A DNA stretch of 64,000 nucleotides from Dehalococcoidia bacterium (GTDB lineage Bacteria; Chloroflexota; Dehalococcoidia; Bin125): positions 768,001 through 832,000 of the forward strand of contig OY820591.1 in assembly GCA_963555985.3 (NCBI GenBank), in the 5' to 3' direction. The notes below the pieces were generated by a model, which had not been told where the DNA came from, searched no databases, and saw only the letters and a list, made by a program, of their open reading frames with translations. Both the position numbers and the translations under genes were made by a program. Below, in pieces: positions 39,466 to 49,907 of the stretch (its first letter is position 1; every line of letters begins with the position of its first letter).

Positions 39466-40692
39466 ATGCCAATGGTGACCGCTGAACGTCCTGCCGCCGA
39501 CCCGGTGGGTTATGAGATTCCCGAGCATCGGACGCTGACGCCGGGGACTGAGGGCTGGATTCGCACGGCGCGGCCTGATGACCCGGCGAAGTACTTCATG
39601 GTCTCGGCCGACTGCCATGTGCATGAGCCGGTCGATCTGTGGGAGCGGCGGGTGGATGAGCAGTACCGCCACCGCCTGCCTCGGATCGAGGTGGACGAGG
39701 ACGGCGTGCGCTGGCAGGTGACGGAGGGTCACCGCCCGACCAAGATTCGCGATCTGAAACTGGCCGGCGAAGACCTGGTGCGGGACAAGCACGGCAACGC
39801 CGACCCGGCCGAGCGCGCGCGCGACATGGACCTGGACGGGGTGGACTGCGAGATCATCTTCCCGAACAAGGGCCTCTCGATGTGGGCGACCTCCGACCCA
39901 GTCTTCTCCAACGCCATGTGCAGCGCCTGGAACGACTGGGCCTGGGAGACCTTCGGCGACACCTATGATCGCTCTTCGCCGCTCGCTTGCGTGGCGACCG
40001 GCGATATTCCGGGCGCGATTGCGGAGATCTACCGCTCGGCTGAACGCGGCTTCCGCGGCTTTTCCTTCCCGGCCAAGCCGGTCTGGGGCCCGACCGGCGA
40101 GGATTCTCGCAACTACAACCTGCCGGAGTTTGATCCGCTCTGGGCGGCGGTTGAGGAGACCGGGCTGCCGATCACGTTCCACGTCTCGACCGGACGCGAC
40201 CCGCGCGGGGCTCGCGGCAACGGCGGCGCGGTCACGAACTACGTCTTCCACTCGCTGGCGATGACGATGGAGCCGGTGATCAACATGTGCGCGTCGGGCG
40301 TGTTCCAGCGCTTCCCCGGCCTGCGCGCGGGCACGATTGAGGCGGGCATCGGCTGGATTCCCTGGGCGCTCGGGGCGATGGACGAGGCCTACCACAAGCA
40401 TCACATGTGGGCGTTCCCCAAGCTGGAGATGCTGCCCTCGGACTTTTACCGGGCGCACTGCTTCGGCTCGTTCCAGGAAGATCCCTCCGGGACCGACTTG
40501 GCGCGCAAGCACGACCTGGTCGAGAACCTGCTCTGGGCCAACGACTACCCGCACCACGAGGGTTCGTGGCCGCACTCGGCGGCGGCGATCGAGCGCACGA
40601 TGGCCGACCTCGACGACGACGAGCGAGCGAAGATCCTCGGCCTCAACGCGGCGCGCATCTTCAACTTCGAGGTGCCCGAGTCGAAGCGCTAG
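39466..40692 (+). CDS. Amidohydrolase 2 family protein
   Basis: SADCHVHEP, PITFH, WANDYPH and ILGLNAARIF motifs. Confidence 0.92.
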   Translation: MPMVTAERPAADPVGYEIPEHRTLTPGTEGWIRTARPDDPAKYFMVSADCHVHEPVDLWERRVDEQYRHRLPRIEVDEDGVRWQVTEGHRPTKIRDLKLAGEDLVRDKHGNADPAERARDMDLDGVDCEIIFPNKGLSMWATSDPVFSNAMCSAWNDWAWETFGDTYDRSSPLACVATGDIPGAIAEIYRSAERGFRGFSFPAKPVWGPTGEDSRNYNLPEFDPLWAAVEETGLPITFHVSTGRDPRGARGNGGAVTNYVFHSLAMTMEPVINMCASGVFQRFPGLRAGTIEAGIGWIPWALGAMDEAYHKHHMWAFPKLEMLPSDFYRAHCFGSFQEDPSGTDLARKHDLVENLLWANDYPHHEGSWPHSAAAIERTMADLDDDERAKILGLNAARIFNFEVPESKR

Positions 40693-40820
40693 CGAGTCTT
40701 GGCTGCGTCGTCCGCGGCTCGCCCGGCAATTGCGATGTGCGCGAGCACGCTCGACCTCTGTGCTGGTCGCGGCGAGTGATCCGCGTCTGCGCGGGAGACC
40801 TGCGCGGGAGACATGCCCTA

Positions 40821-41209
40821 GGGCCTGTTGACACAACCACGAGCGCGGTCGGCCCGCACGCGCGCTGGTCTCGAGGCTGAGCCTCGGCGCTCCCTGCCCC
40901 GCCCGCCTCCAGCGAGGCGAAACCGGGTATGCTCAGAACATATACGCGCACGAATCCAATGGGAGACCGCTGTGTTCCGTGCACGACTCGCGCCAAACCC
41001 GGACGGCGCTGGACATGCCCGGATTCGCCTGGAAAAAATCCGCCCAAATCGAGATGAATCCAGACGAATCCGGACAGATCTGGACAAATCTGGACAAATC
41101 CAGACCCGCGAACGCACGATCCTCAGCGCTCGCCAGGAGCTCCGCTCAATCCCTCCGAAATTCTCCCGCCAAACAGCGCCGATGCACTTCGCGCAGTCTG
41201 AACACGCTC
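40821..41209. mobile_element. Putative IS5-type MITE containing 10-bp periodic repeats
   Basis: TA|GGGCCTGTTGACA ... TCTGAACACGCTC|TA imperfect inverted ends; five AATC(C/T)(A/G)GAC-type units at 41057-41105. Confidence 0.6.
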
Positions 41210-41393
41210 TAAGGCAAGCGCGGGTATGACGGAATTGGGGCGTGTGCGGGAAACGAAACCGGGCTTGATCTCGCAAGCGTGTCGGGAGGCCGCTAGGCTG
41301 TATCTCGATTGCTGGTAGGCTGCGAGCAATCAGGCGGTCGCGGCGCACTCAAGTCCGGCCGGATCGAGAGCGAAGACTGAGAGGACGGATTGT

Positions 41394-42533
41394 ATGGCTG
41401 TATTGACGCGGTATTTGCAGGGACGGATGGGGCGCGCGATCGCCCTGCTGCTGGCCTCTGCGCTACTGGCGGCTGTTGCTGCCGGCGCCTGTAGCGACGA
41501 CGACGAACAGCAGCAGGCGGCGCCGGCGGCGGCGGTCAGCGGCGAGGGCGCCGGTGACACGGTCGCGCTGGTCAAGGACCGTGGCGTACTGAAGTGCGGC
41601 GTCAAGCAGACCCAGCCGCTCTTCGGCTTTAAAGAGGCTGACGGCAGCGTGGTCGGCTTCGATGTCGAGTTCTGCAAGGCGCTGGCAGCCGCGCTGGAGG
41701 TCGACCTCGAGCTGATTGACGCCTCCGACGCCTCCACCCGCTTCGAACTGCTCAACGACGGCCAGATCGACGTGCTGATCCGCACGACCACGATCACCGC
41801 CTCGCGCGACCGCGAACTGGGCGTCGACTTCGCTCAGACCACCTTCTACACCGGTCAGGCCTTCGCCGTGCGCACGGACTCCGGCATCAACTCGACCGCA
41901 GATATGGGCGACGCCACCATCTGTGTCCAGACCGGTACGACCACTGAACAGAACGTGGCCGACCACTTCACCGACATCGGCCTCGTCTACGACCCGCAGG
42001 GCGGTCTGAGCCAGGACGTGGCGGATGCCTTCTTCAGCGGCCGCTGCGACGTGCTGACCGCCGACGCCTCCGACCTCGCCTCGCGGATCGCTGTCCGCGA
42101 CGACCGCAACGACTACAAGATCCTCGACCAGATCATCTCCAAGGAGCCGCTGGCTCCCGGCGTCCGCGACTACGACAGCGAATGGAAAGACGTAGTCAAC
42201 TGGGTCGTCCACGGCCTGATCTTCGCCGAGGAAGAGGGCATCACCCAGGGCAACGTCGCGGCGCTGGCGGCGAACCCGCCGAACACCACGATCGCGCGTC
42301 TGCTCGGCGTCTCCTACGAGGGCGGCGAGGTCAGCACGCTCGGCTTCGACTCGGTCGGCGCGCAGTTCATCCAGCGCGCGCTCGCCGCAGTCGGCAACTA
42401 CGGCGAGATCTACGCTCGCACGATTGGCGACTACATCCCGCGCGCCTGCTCGCTGAACGCGCTGGCGATCGACGACTCGGTCGCCTGCCCGGCCGGGACC
42501 GGCGGCATCCTCTACGCGTTGCCCTTCCGCTAA
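41394..42533 (+). CDS. aapJ: Amino acid ABC transporter substrate-binding lipoprotein (AapJ/BztA-like)
   Basis: AGAC lipobox; LKCGV, GFDVEFC, ISKEPL and VGNYGEIY motifs. Confidence 0.9.
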   Translation: MAVLTRYLQGRMGRAIALLLASALLAAVAAGACSDDDEQQQAAPAAAVSGEGAGDTVALVKDRGVLKCGVKQTQPLFGFKEADGSVVGFDVEFCKALAAALEVDLELIDASDASTRFELLNDGQIDVLIRTTTITASRDRELGVDFAQTTFYTGQAFAVRTDSGINSTADMGDATICVQTGTTTEQNVADHFTDIGLVYDPQGGLSQDVADAFFSGRCDVLTADASDLASRIAVRDDRNDYKILDQIISKEPLAPGVRDYDSEWKDVVNWVVHGLIFAEEEGITQGNVAALAANPPNTTIARLLGVSYEGGEVSTLGFDSVGAQFIQRALAAVGNYGEIYARTIGDYIPRACSLNALAIDDSVACPAGTGGILYALPFR

Positions 42534-42572
42534 ACGGACGCGGTTGATCACCGCGATCGAGACGCGACCAAC

Positions 42573-42603
42573 GAGGCCGCCACCGCATCTGCGGGGCGGC
42601 CTC
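42573..42603 (+). terminator. GC-rich hairpin after the binding-protein gene
   Basis: GAGGCCGCC..CGCA-TC-TGCG..GGCGGCCTC followed by a T-rich stretch. Confidence 0.6.
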
Positions 42604-42691
42604 AGTTGTGTTCTGCGTATGTTCCGATCCGCACGGGCGGGTCGTCTAGAGATGTACTGCCATAAGAACTGCATCAGGTAGCTTGTTGCAC

Positions 42692-43894
42692 ATGTCTGCA
42701 AGCGCACCCACCGACAGCTCCGCCGGCGCTCCGGTTCCGCTGCTCTATCGGCGCGGTTTCCGCACCCTGCTCCAGCAGGGCGCATATGTAGCTGTCACCG
42801 CGATCGTTGCGGCGTATGTGATCTCGTCGCTCGATCTGCGCGACTTCGGATTCGGCTTCCTCAGCGATCCGGCCGCGTTCAAGGTTGGGAATCAGTGGCT
42901 GATCGACATTGACGGCGTGACCAATGACCGGATCACCATGTATCTGGTGGGGGTGTGGTCGACGGTGCGGGCCGTGTTGGTCGCCATTCTTCTGTCCACG
43001 ATCGTCGGTGTCGTGGTCGGGGTCGCGCGACTGTCCTCGAACTGGCTCGTGGCGAAGATGGCGATGCTGTTCGTCGAGATCTTCCGCAACACGCCGCTGC
43101 TGGTCCAGATCGTGATCTGGTACGCGATCCTGTTGGTCGGTGCGCCAATCATCCAGAACGTGGTCAACGTCGGCGACTTCTTCTTCCTCTCCAATCGAGG
43201 GATCGCGATTCCCTGGCCGGTACCGTCCGCGGGCCTCTGGGACGCCGGCGATTGGCTGGTCGGGGTCTGGGTGGCGATCCTGGTCGTGCTCGGCGTGATC
43301 GCGATGCGGGTACGCAGTGGGCGACAGGATCTCGAACGCCAAACCGGTCAGGTGCAGTACGCGAACCGCTGGGCGCTGGGCTTGTTCGCCGCCGGAGCGC
43401 TGATCTCATTCCTCTTGCTCGGCGCGCCGGTGAGCATCGATCGACCGTTCGTCGAGGGCACGCACTATGTCGAAGGGATGGTGATCGAGCCGGAGTTTGC
43501 CGCCCTGGTGCTGGGGCTCACGGTCTACACCGGCGCATTCATCGCCGAGATCGTCCGCGCCAGCATCCAGGCGCTGCCCAGAGGGCAGACCGAGGCGGCG
43601 AACGCGATCGGCCTGAGCGGTTATCAGCGGCTGACGTTGATCATCCTGCCGCAGGCGCTGCGACAGATGATCCCCTCGGTCACCAACCAGTTCCTGAACG
43701 TGAACAAGAACTCGTCGATCGCCTACGCAGTGCTGTTCGACGACCTGTTCCGAGTCGCCACGATCATCCAGAACAAAGCAGGCCACGCGCTGGAGATGTT
43801 CGTGGTGATCATCGTGACCTACATGCTGATCTCGTTTGCGATCTCGGCCGTGATGAACGTGTTCAACGCGCGTGTCACGCGGACCGAGGTCTAA
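42692..43894 (+). CDS. aapQ: Amino acid ABC permease (AapQ-like)
   Basis: RLSSNWLV, RNTPLLVQ, GQTEAA and KNSS motifs. Confidence 0.9.
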   Translation: MSASAPTDSSAGAPVPLLYRRGFRTLLQQGAYVAVTAIVAAYVISSLDLRDFGFGFLSDPAAFKVGNQWLIDIDGVTNDRITMYLVGVWSTVRAVLVAILLSTIVGVVVGVARLSSNWLVAKMAMLFVEIFRNTPLLVQIVIWYAILLVGAPIIQNVVNVGDFFFLSNRGIAIPWPVPSAGLWDAGDWLVGVWVAILVVLGVIAMRVRSGRQDLERQTGQVQYANRWALGLFAAGALISFLLLGAPVSIDRPFVEGTHYVEGMVIEPEFAALVLGLTVYTGAFIAEIVRASIQALPRGQTEAANAIGLSGYQRLTLIILPQALRQMIPSVTNQFLNVNKNSSIAYAVLFDDLFRVATIIQNKAGHALEMFVVIIVTYMLISFAISAVMNVFNARVTRTEV

Positions 43895-43907
43895 GGAGGG
43901 TACGTCG

Positions 43908-45143
43908 ATGGCGGAGATGCCGGTACCCCAGCAGCCGCGAATCGTGCTGCCGCCGCATCGTCAGCGGGCGCATCGCCCCCGTTCCGTGCGCGCGCGCGAG
44001 TGGGTGCGCCGCAACCTCTTCCCCTCCAGAGGCGGCACTGCGCTCACGCTGCTCGCGGCGGCGATCATCGGCGTCGTCATCGCCGGTGTGATCTGGTTCG
44101 TCTTCTTCGAGGCGAACTGGCGCGTTGTCACCGTCAATCGTGAGTTGCTCTTTGCCGGGGCCTTCCCCGACGGCGAGTTCTGGCGGCTCTGGGTCGGCAT
44201 TGCGTTCGTGTTCACCTTGATCGGCTTGGCCTACGGAACCTGGTCGAGCCTGGGCCGCCGCGATCATCTCTTCATCGCGCTGGCGGGCGGGTTTGTCGTG
44301 TTCCTAATGGCCCATGGCGGCGCGGCGATCTGGTCGACGGTCTGGTTCTTGGTTGCGATTGGCTTGCTCTACGTCGGTTACTTCATCGCTCTGCAACTCC
44401 CGCGCGAGGCGGGACCGCGGCGAACCGTGCAAACACGTACGGTCGCCGCACTGTTGGTGCTCTCGCTGCCGATTGTGCTGCTCATTCTGATGGTCGCCGG
44501 GGGCGCGAATACGCGGCAGTTCGACGGGTTCGTGCTCAACCTGATCCTCGCTCCGGTCGGCATCGTGGGCGGGATCGTGGTCGCGATCCCGCTGGCGATG
44601 GGTCGCGCCTCGCGGATGAAGACAATTTCGTGGACCTGCACGGCCTACATCGAAGTCGTGCGCGGCGCGCCGCTGCTGGGTTGGTTGTTCGTGGCACTGT
44701 TCATCCTCGACGACGTGATCGGCGGCGACCTGATCATTCGCACGATGGTGGTGCTGGCGGTGTTCACCGGGGCCTACATGGCCGAGTACCTGCGCGGCGC
44801 GTTGCAGGCGCTGCCGGGCGGCCAGTATGAGGCGGCTCATGCGGTCGGCCTGAATCGGCTCCAGGCGATGCGCCTGATCATTCTGCCGCAAGCGTTCCGG
44901 ATCTCGATTCCGCCGATGGTCGGTCAAGCGATCGCGATCTGGAAAGACACGACGCTGGTGACGGTGATCCTGCCCTTGCGCGAGCTCAAAGGGAACGCGG
45001 ACTCGGCGATTGGGCAGGTGGAATTCACGCCGGATCGGATCGAGGCGTTCGTCTTCGTGGCGGTGATCTTCTGGATTGTGGCCTTCGTGATGTCGCGGAT
45101 TTCGCAGCGGATCGAGCGTTCGCAGGGGATCGGCGAGCGCTAG
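43908..45143 (+). CDS. aapM: Amino acid ABC permease (AapM-like)
   Basis: YIEVVRGAPL, AYMAE..RG.LQA..GQYEAA and KDTTLV motifs. Confidence 0.9.
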   Translation: MAEMPVPQQPRIVLPPHRQRAHRPRSVRAREWVRRNLFPSRGGTALTLLAAAIIGVVIAGVIWFVFFEANWRVVTVNRELLFAGAFPDGEFWRLWVGIAFVFTLIGLAYGTWSSLGRRDHLFIALAGGFVVFLMAHGGAAIWSTVWFLVAIGLLYVGYFIALQLPREAGPRRTVQTRTVAALLVLSLPIVLLILMVAGGANTRQFDGFVLNLILAPVGIVGGIVVAIPLAMGRASRMKTISWTCTAYIEVVRGAPLLGWLFVALFILDDVIGGDLIIRTMVVLAVFTGAYMAEYLRGALQALPGGQYEAAHAVGLNRLQAMRLIILPQAFRISIPPMVGQAIAIWKDTTLVTVILPLRELKGNADSAIGQVEFTPDRIEAFVFVAVIFWIVAFVMSRISQRIERSQGIGER

Positions 45144-45147
45144 ACGG

Positions 45148-45441
45148 TCAGTCCACCACCTCCGCCGTGTCGCTGAGTTCCGGCGCCCAGAGCGGGTACT
45201 CAGGCTCGGCGAAGCGAGTCCCTTCGGGAAGGGCGACCTCAACGACCGCAGCATCAACACAGGATGGCGCTGGAACCGCCTCACCGTCTTCGACGGTTCC
45301 TTCAATATGAAACTCGATCGCCTCGCGAATCATCTCCTTCGTCTCTTCGAGAGTGTCGCCGACAGCGACGCAGCCCGGCAAGTCCGGCACAAAGGCTCCG
45401 TAGCTGTTCGGCGCTCTCTCGAATACGACCACGTATCTCAT
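45148..45441 (-). CDS. hicB: HicB family antitoxin
   Basis: YGAFVPDLPGCVAVGDTLEE..IREAIEFH. Confidence 0.9.
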   Translation of the reverse strand: MRYVVVFERAPNSYGAFVPDLPGCVAVGDTLEETKEMIREAIEFHIEGTVEDGEAVPAPSCVDAAVVEVALPEGTRFAEPEYPLWAPELSDTAEVVD

Positions 45442-45640
45442 CGCCGGTCCCTCCCGCTCAGTCCCGCTTGTTCCAAGATACTTTTCCAGATCTCGGTCAG
45501 AACGTCCTTGGACGGTCGTCCGGCAATCGTCACCTTGCCCGGCTTCGTCGGTGCTTGAAGTGGCGGTGGCTGCCGCGCTGACGGACGAAACACCATCCGT
45601 CCGCCTCCACGATCTCGATGGCCTCTCTCACCTTCGGCAT
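45438..45640 (-). pseudogene. hicA: HicA toxin with a 1-bp deletion
   Basis: MPKVREAIEIVEADGW..RQRGSHRHFKH, frameshift near 45550, then TKPGKVTIAG..KSILEQAGL; stop overlaps the hicB ATG. Confidence 0.85.
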
Positions 45641-45747
45641 GAATTCACAGCCTGTTCCCCCGGGGTTCACTTGCCCCATCGGAGTCGCACGGCGGTGAGG
45701 CTACCGCTAGCATCGCAGCAGAACGCGCAAGGTTGAGAGGGTGGGAC

Positions 45748-46584
45748 ATGCCCGACGAACTTTCCCCGGCGAGCATCATCGCTGAGCCGGCCGGACCGAA
45801 AGGCGTGACCGAACACGACGAGCCGGCGCCGGCCAACGGCCGCCTCGCCGGGGCCGAGGACATCATCATCGCCGAGAACGTGGACAAGTGGTTCGGCGAC
45901 TTCCAGGCGCTTGACGATGTCTCGATGCGGGTCAAAGAACACGAGATCGTCGTGATTCTCGGCCCCTCCGGTTCCGGCAAATCGACCTTCATTCGTTGCC
46001 TCAACCGGCTTGAGGAGCACGATGCGGGGCGGATCGTGATCGACGGCTATGAGATGAATGAGGATGTGCGCAACCTGAACGCGATCCGTTCAGAGGTGGG
46101 GATGGTTTTCCAGCAGTTCAACCTGTTCCCGCATCTCTCCGTCTTGAGCAACATCACGCTGGGCCCGCAGAAGGTTCGACACTTGCCGAAGCTGGACGCG
46201 GAGGCGCGGGCGATGCAGTTGCTTGAGCGGGTGGGCATTCCCGAGCAGGCGGACAAGTATCCGGCGCAGTTGTCGGGCGGGCAGCAGCAGCGCGTCGCGA
46301 TTGCGCGCGCGCTCGCGATGGACCCCAAGATCATGCTCTTCGACGAGCCGACCTCGGCGCTCGACCCGGAGATGATCAAGGAAGTCCTCGACGTGATGCA
46401 GGAACTGGCAGAGTCCGGCATGACCATGCTCGTCGTCACCCACGAGATGGGCTTCGCGCGCGAGGTCTGCGACCGACTCGTCTTCTTCGATGAAGGAGCG
46501 CTGGTCGAAGAGGGGACGCCGGAGCACTTCTTCACCAACCCGCGCGAGGAGCGCACGAAGCTCTTCCTGAGCCAGATTCTGTAG
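45748..46584 (+). CDS. aapP: Amino acid ABC ATP-binding protein (AapP/GlnQ-like)
   Basis: [18 protein letters not shown] and [11 protein letters not shown] motifs. Confidence 0.93.
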   Translation: MPDELSPASIIAEPAGPKGVTEHDEPAPANGRLAGAEDIIIAENVDKWFGDFQALDDVSMRVKEHEIVVILGPSGSGKSTFIRCLNRLEEHDAGRIVIDGYEMNEDVRNLNAIRSEVGMVFQQFNLFPHLSVLSNITLGPQKVRHLPKLDAEARAMQLLERVGIPEQADKYPAQLSGGQQQRVAIARALAMDPKIMLFDEPTSALDPEMIKEVLDVMQELAESGMTMLVVTHEMGFAREVCDRLVFFDEGALVEEGTPEHFFTNPREERTKLFLSQIL

Positions 46585-46594
46585 GGAGATCGCT

Positions 46595-47314
46595 GTGGCG
46601 GCAGCTTTGTCCGGCGTGAAGGCGCTGACCTTCGATGTGTTCGGGACGGTCGTGGATTGGCGCAGTTCGGTCAGCGCGGAGTTGGAGACGTTCGGGGCGC
46701 GGCATGGGATCGAGGCGGATTGGGGCATGATCTGCGACCGTTGGCGGCGCGAGGGCTACGCGGGCGGGATGCAGTTGGTGCGCAAGGGGGAGTTGCCGTT
46801 TCAAACCGCCGACGGTTTGCATCGGCGAATGCTGGACATGCTCTTGGAGGAGCTTGGGGCTGAGGCTGATGAGGCAGAAGTGGTCGATCTCAACCGAGCC
46901 TGGCACCGGCTGCATCCCTGGCCGGATTCGCCGGGCGGGCTGGCGCGGCTGCGTTCGCGCTTCATCGTCTCGACGCTCTCGAACGGCAATGTGGAGTTGC
47001 TGGTGAACATGGCCAAGTTCGGCGGTTTGCCCTGGGATTGCGTGCTTTCGGCGGAGATCACCGGGGCGTTCAAGCCGGAGCCGCAGTGTTATCAGCGGGC
47101 GGCGGAGCTGCTGGGCTGCGAGAGCGGTGAGGTGATGATGGTGGCTGCGCATCAGGGCGACCTGCTCGCCGCGGCTGCGACGGGAATGCGCACGGCGTTC
47201 GTGCCGCGTCCGAAGGAGGCGGGGCCAAACTTCCCGGTTGATCTGACGCCTGATCCGTCGTTCGATATCGTCGCAACCGACTTTCACGATCTTGCGGCGC
47301 AGCTTGGCTGTTAG
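46595..47314 (+). CDS. Haloacid dehalogenase type II
   Basis: FDVFGTVVDW, LSNGN, FKP and MVAAH..DL motifs. Confidence 0.92.
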   Translation: MAAALSGVKALTFDVFGTVVDWRSSVSAELETFGARHGIEADWGMICDRWRREGYAGGMQLVRKGELPFQTADGLHRRMLDMLLEELGAEADEAEVVDLNRAWHRLHPWPDSPGGLARLRSRFIVSTLSNGNVELLVNMAKFGGLPWDCVLSAEITGAFKPEPQCYQRAAELLGCESGEVMMVAAHQGDLLAAAATGMRTAFVPRPKEAGPNFPVDLTPDPSFDIVATDFHDLAAQLGC

Positions 47315-47324
47315 GGAGCTTCCA

Positions 47325-48122
47325 ATGACCCTCGATCCATCCGCCTACACCACGATCGATATCGACATTCGCTCCGATGGGGTGGCTGTCGCCACGCTGA
47401 ACCGGCCGGAGAAGCTGAATGCGGTGAACTCGGCGATGCACCGGGAGTTGGCTTCGCTGCCGGTGGATGCGAACCGCGATCCTGCGGTGCGAGCACTGGT
47501 GCTGACCGGCGCGGGGCGCGCCTTCTGCGCGGGCGGCGACTTCTCCGCCGACCGCGATGAACCGATGGGCGGGCGCTATCTGAACCGGATGAATGAGGCG
47601 CGGCTGATCGTCGATAACTGGCTTGACTGCGAAAAGCCCGTGGTCTGCGCGCTGAATGGATACGCGCTGGGTCTCGGTGCGACGGTCGCGCTGATGGCGG
47701 ATGTGGTCTATGCGGGGCGCTCGGCGGTATTGGGCGACACGCATGTGAACATGGGCATCGGCGCGGGCGACGGCGGCGGGGTGATCTGGCCGATGCTGGT
47801 GGGACCCTCGCGGGCGAAGTACTACCTGATGACCGGTGAGCACATCAAGGCGGAACAGGCGCTGGCCTTGGGTCTGGTGCAGGATGTGGTGGAGGACGAC
47901 GAGCTGATGCCGACGGCGCTGGCGCTGGCGGAGCGGTTGGCGAACGGGCCGTTGGGCGCGATTTCGGCCTCCAAGGTGCCGATCAACAAGTGGATCAAGC
48001 ACGTCTCGAACATGGTGCTGCCGCTCTCGCTGGCGATGGAGGAAGTGACGATGTCGGGCTCGGACGCAGCCGAGGCGCAGGCCGCCTTCCGCGAGAAGCG
48101 GCAGCCGAACTATCAGCGCTGA
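47325..48122 (+). CDS. Enoyl-CoA hydratase/isomerase
   Basis: LNRPEKLNA, AFCAGGD and DTHV.MG..AGDGG motifs. Confidence 0.93.
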   Translation: MTLDPSAYTTIDIDIRSDGVAVATLNRPEKLNAVNSAMHRELASLPVDANRDPAVRALVLTGAGRAFCAGGDFSADRDEPMGGRYLNRMNEARLIVDNWLDCEKPVVCALNGYALGLGATVALMADVVYAGRSAVLGDTHVNMGIGAGDGGGVIWPMLVGPSRAKYYLMTGEHIKAEQALALGLVQDVVEDDELMPTALALAERLANGPLGAISASKVPINKWIKHVSNMVLPLSLAMEEVTMSGSDAAEAQAAFREKRQPNYQR

Positions 48123-48224
48123 GAGCCGGGCTGCGATGACGCTGCGGTGGAATGCTGCGCGTTGGCGCGCCGCTGGTAGGCTGTCTTGCGAACCGGGCGG
48201 CGTCGTGGTTGGCTGGTTGTCTGC

Positions 48225-49907
48225 ATGAACTTGACTTGGTTTGCGCGCGCCTGCGCCGCGGCGATCGTGACGTGTTGCGCGGGCGCGTTTGCGCTTGCCT
48301 GCTCGGAGGCGGATGAGGGCGGCGGCGCGGAAGCTGTCGCGCAGCAGCAGCACGCGCAAGCGGAGCCGCAGCAGCGTCCCAGCGAGCAAGAGGCGTCCAG
48401 CGCGGAGCCGCAGCAGCAGGCAGCGGTGCCATCCGGCTCTTCGAGACCGTCGTCTACGAGCGAGGACGCCGCCGGCAGCGAGCCCGAGGCGCAGGCCGCA
48501 GAGCAGCAAGAGGACGCTGCCGCCGCTGACTCCGAATCGGAAGCGCAGTCGCGCGATTCGTCGATGTCGCGACAATTGGAAGCGCAGGAGCAGCCTGCTT
48601 CGCCGTACGGCGACGACTACGGCCAGGGCGAGGAAGCGGAGCGGCCGGACGACGATCCGTCGGACGACATTCCGCCGATTCGGGATTGGCTGGCGGAGGG
48701 GACGCAGCTGACGCCGAGCGTGCCGGCGGCGGGGGACGAATACGGCTGGTCGGCGGTAGTTGAGGGCAATGTGATCGCGGTCGGCGCTCCGTATCACGAC
48801 GCCGTCGCCGAAGACGCGGGCGCGGTGTTCGTGTTCGAGCGCATCAACGGCGAGTGGGTCGAGACGGCCTATCTGCTGCCTGAGTTCGGTGAATATCACG
48901 GCTGGTTCGGTCGTTGGATCGCCATCGATCAGGGTCGGTTGGTGATTGGCGCTCCATACGAGAGCGTGCCCAACATGGCAGGCTTCGAACCGATCGGGAC
49001 CGCCGGAGCGGTCTACGTCTATGAAAAGGTGCAGGGCGTGTGGACGAGGACGGCGACGATCCTGTCGCCGCAGCCGGTCGCGGGGGCGTCGTTCGGTTGG
49101 AGCGTTGCGATTCGCGGCGAGTGGATCGCGGTGAGCGCCTGGGAGGATGTCGTGGAGGGCGTCAGCGCGGGCGCGGTCTACGTGTTCACACAGGTGAAGG
49201 GCGTGTGGTGGCCGCAGGCGCGGCTGGAGCCGAACGAGCCGTCCTACCGTCTGGGCTTCGGGCGGGATATCGAGCTCGATCAGAATGTGCTCGCGGTGGG
49301 CGCGCCCGGCGATGATCAGGTCGCCGAGGACGCGGGGGCGGTGTACATCTATCACTTCTACAACGCGGCCTGGAACTTCGCGGGCAAGTACATCGTGCCG
49401 GACGGGATCAAAGGCGACGGCCTCGGTTATCAGATCGGCTTGAGCGTGCCCTGGCTCGCGGTCGGCGCTCCCTATCAAGACGAGGCGGGCTGGGAGACCG
49501 GCGCGGTCTATCTCTGGGAGTTGTCGCGCGACATCTGGCGATCGCGGGGACGCTTGCCGGTCAGCGATATCCAGCTGGGCGACTGGTTCGGCTACGCGCC
49601 GGCGGTACAAGGCGACACGATCGTGGTCGGTTCTCCTCACCGCGCCCATCCTGAGACGCGCGTGTTCCGGGCGGGAGCGTCGTACGTGTACGTCCGCGAA
49701 GGAAGCGAGTGGAGAGAGCTGGGCGTGATCGGCCCGGTGGACGCGGTGGCGTCCGGGGAGCGGGCGGAGTTCGGCTGGGTGACGGATGTAGACGGGAGCA
49801 CGGTGGTGGTGGGGGCGTGGACGGCGAATACCGAGGAGGGCGAGAACGCGGGGCGAGCGGCGGTCTTCGAGATCGCGGAGTTGGCGGCGGATTCGGACTC
49901 GGAATAG
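48225..49907 (+). CDS. FG-GAP repeat (beta-propeller) lipoprotein with acidic linker
   Basis: ALAC lipobox; seven (F/Y/L)G..V/I...VGAP...GAVY-type repeats. Confidence 0.88.
   Translation: MNLTWFARACAAAIVTCCAGAFALACSEADEGGGAEAVAQQQHAQAEPQQRPSEQEASSAEPQQQAAVPSGSSRPSSTSEDAAGSEPEAQAAEQQEDAAAADSESEAQSRDSSMSRQLEAQEQPASPYGDDYGQGEEAERPDDDPSDDIPPIRDWLAEGTQLTPSVPAAGDEYGWSAVVEGNVIAVGAPYHDAVAEDAGAVFVFERINGEWVETAYLLPEFGEYHGWFGRWIAIDQGRLVIGAPYESVPNMAGFEPIGTAGAVYVYEKVQGVWTRTATILSPQPVAGASFGWSVAIRGEWIAVSAWEDVVEGVSAGAVYVFTQVKGVWWPQARLEPNEPSYRLGFGRDIELDQNVLAVGAPGDDQVAEDAGAVYIYHFYNAAWNFAGKYIVPDGIKGDGLGYQIGLSVPWLAVGAPYQDEAGWETGAVYLWELSRDIWRSRGRLPVSDIQLGDWFGYAPAVQGDTIVVGSPHRAHPETRVFRAGASYVYVREGSEWRELGVIGPVDAVASGERAEFGWVTDVDGSTVVVGAWTANTEEGENAGRAAVFEIAELAADSDSE

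Noticed and set aside
47070-49649. Long antisense or off-frame ORFs (also 30753-32591, 34869-36134, 9134-10447)
   Set aside because: Shadow frames of well-supported genes, expected at high GC, with no recognisable motifs.
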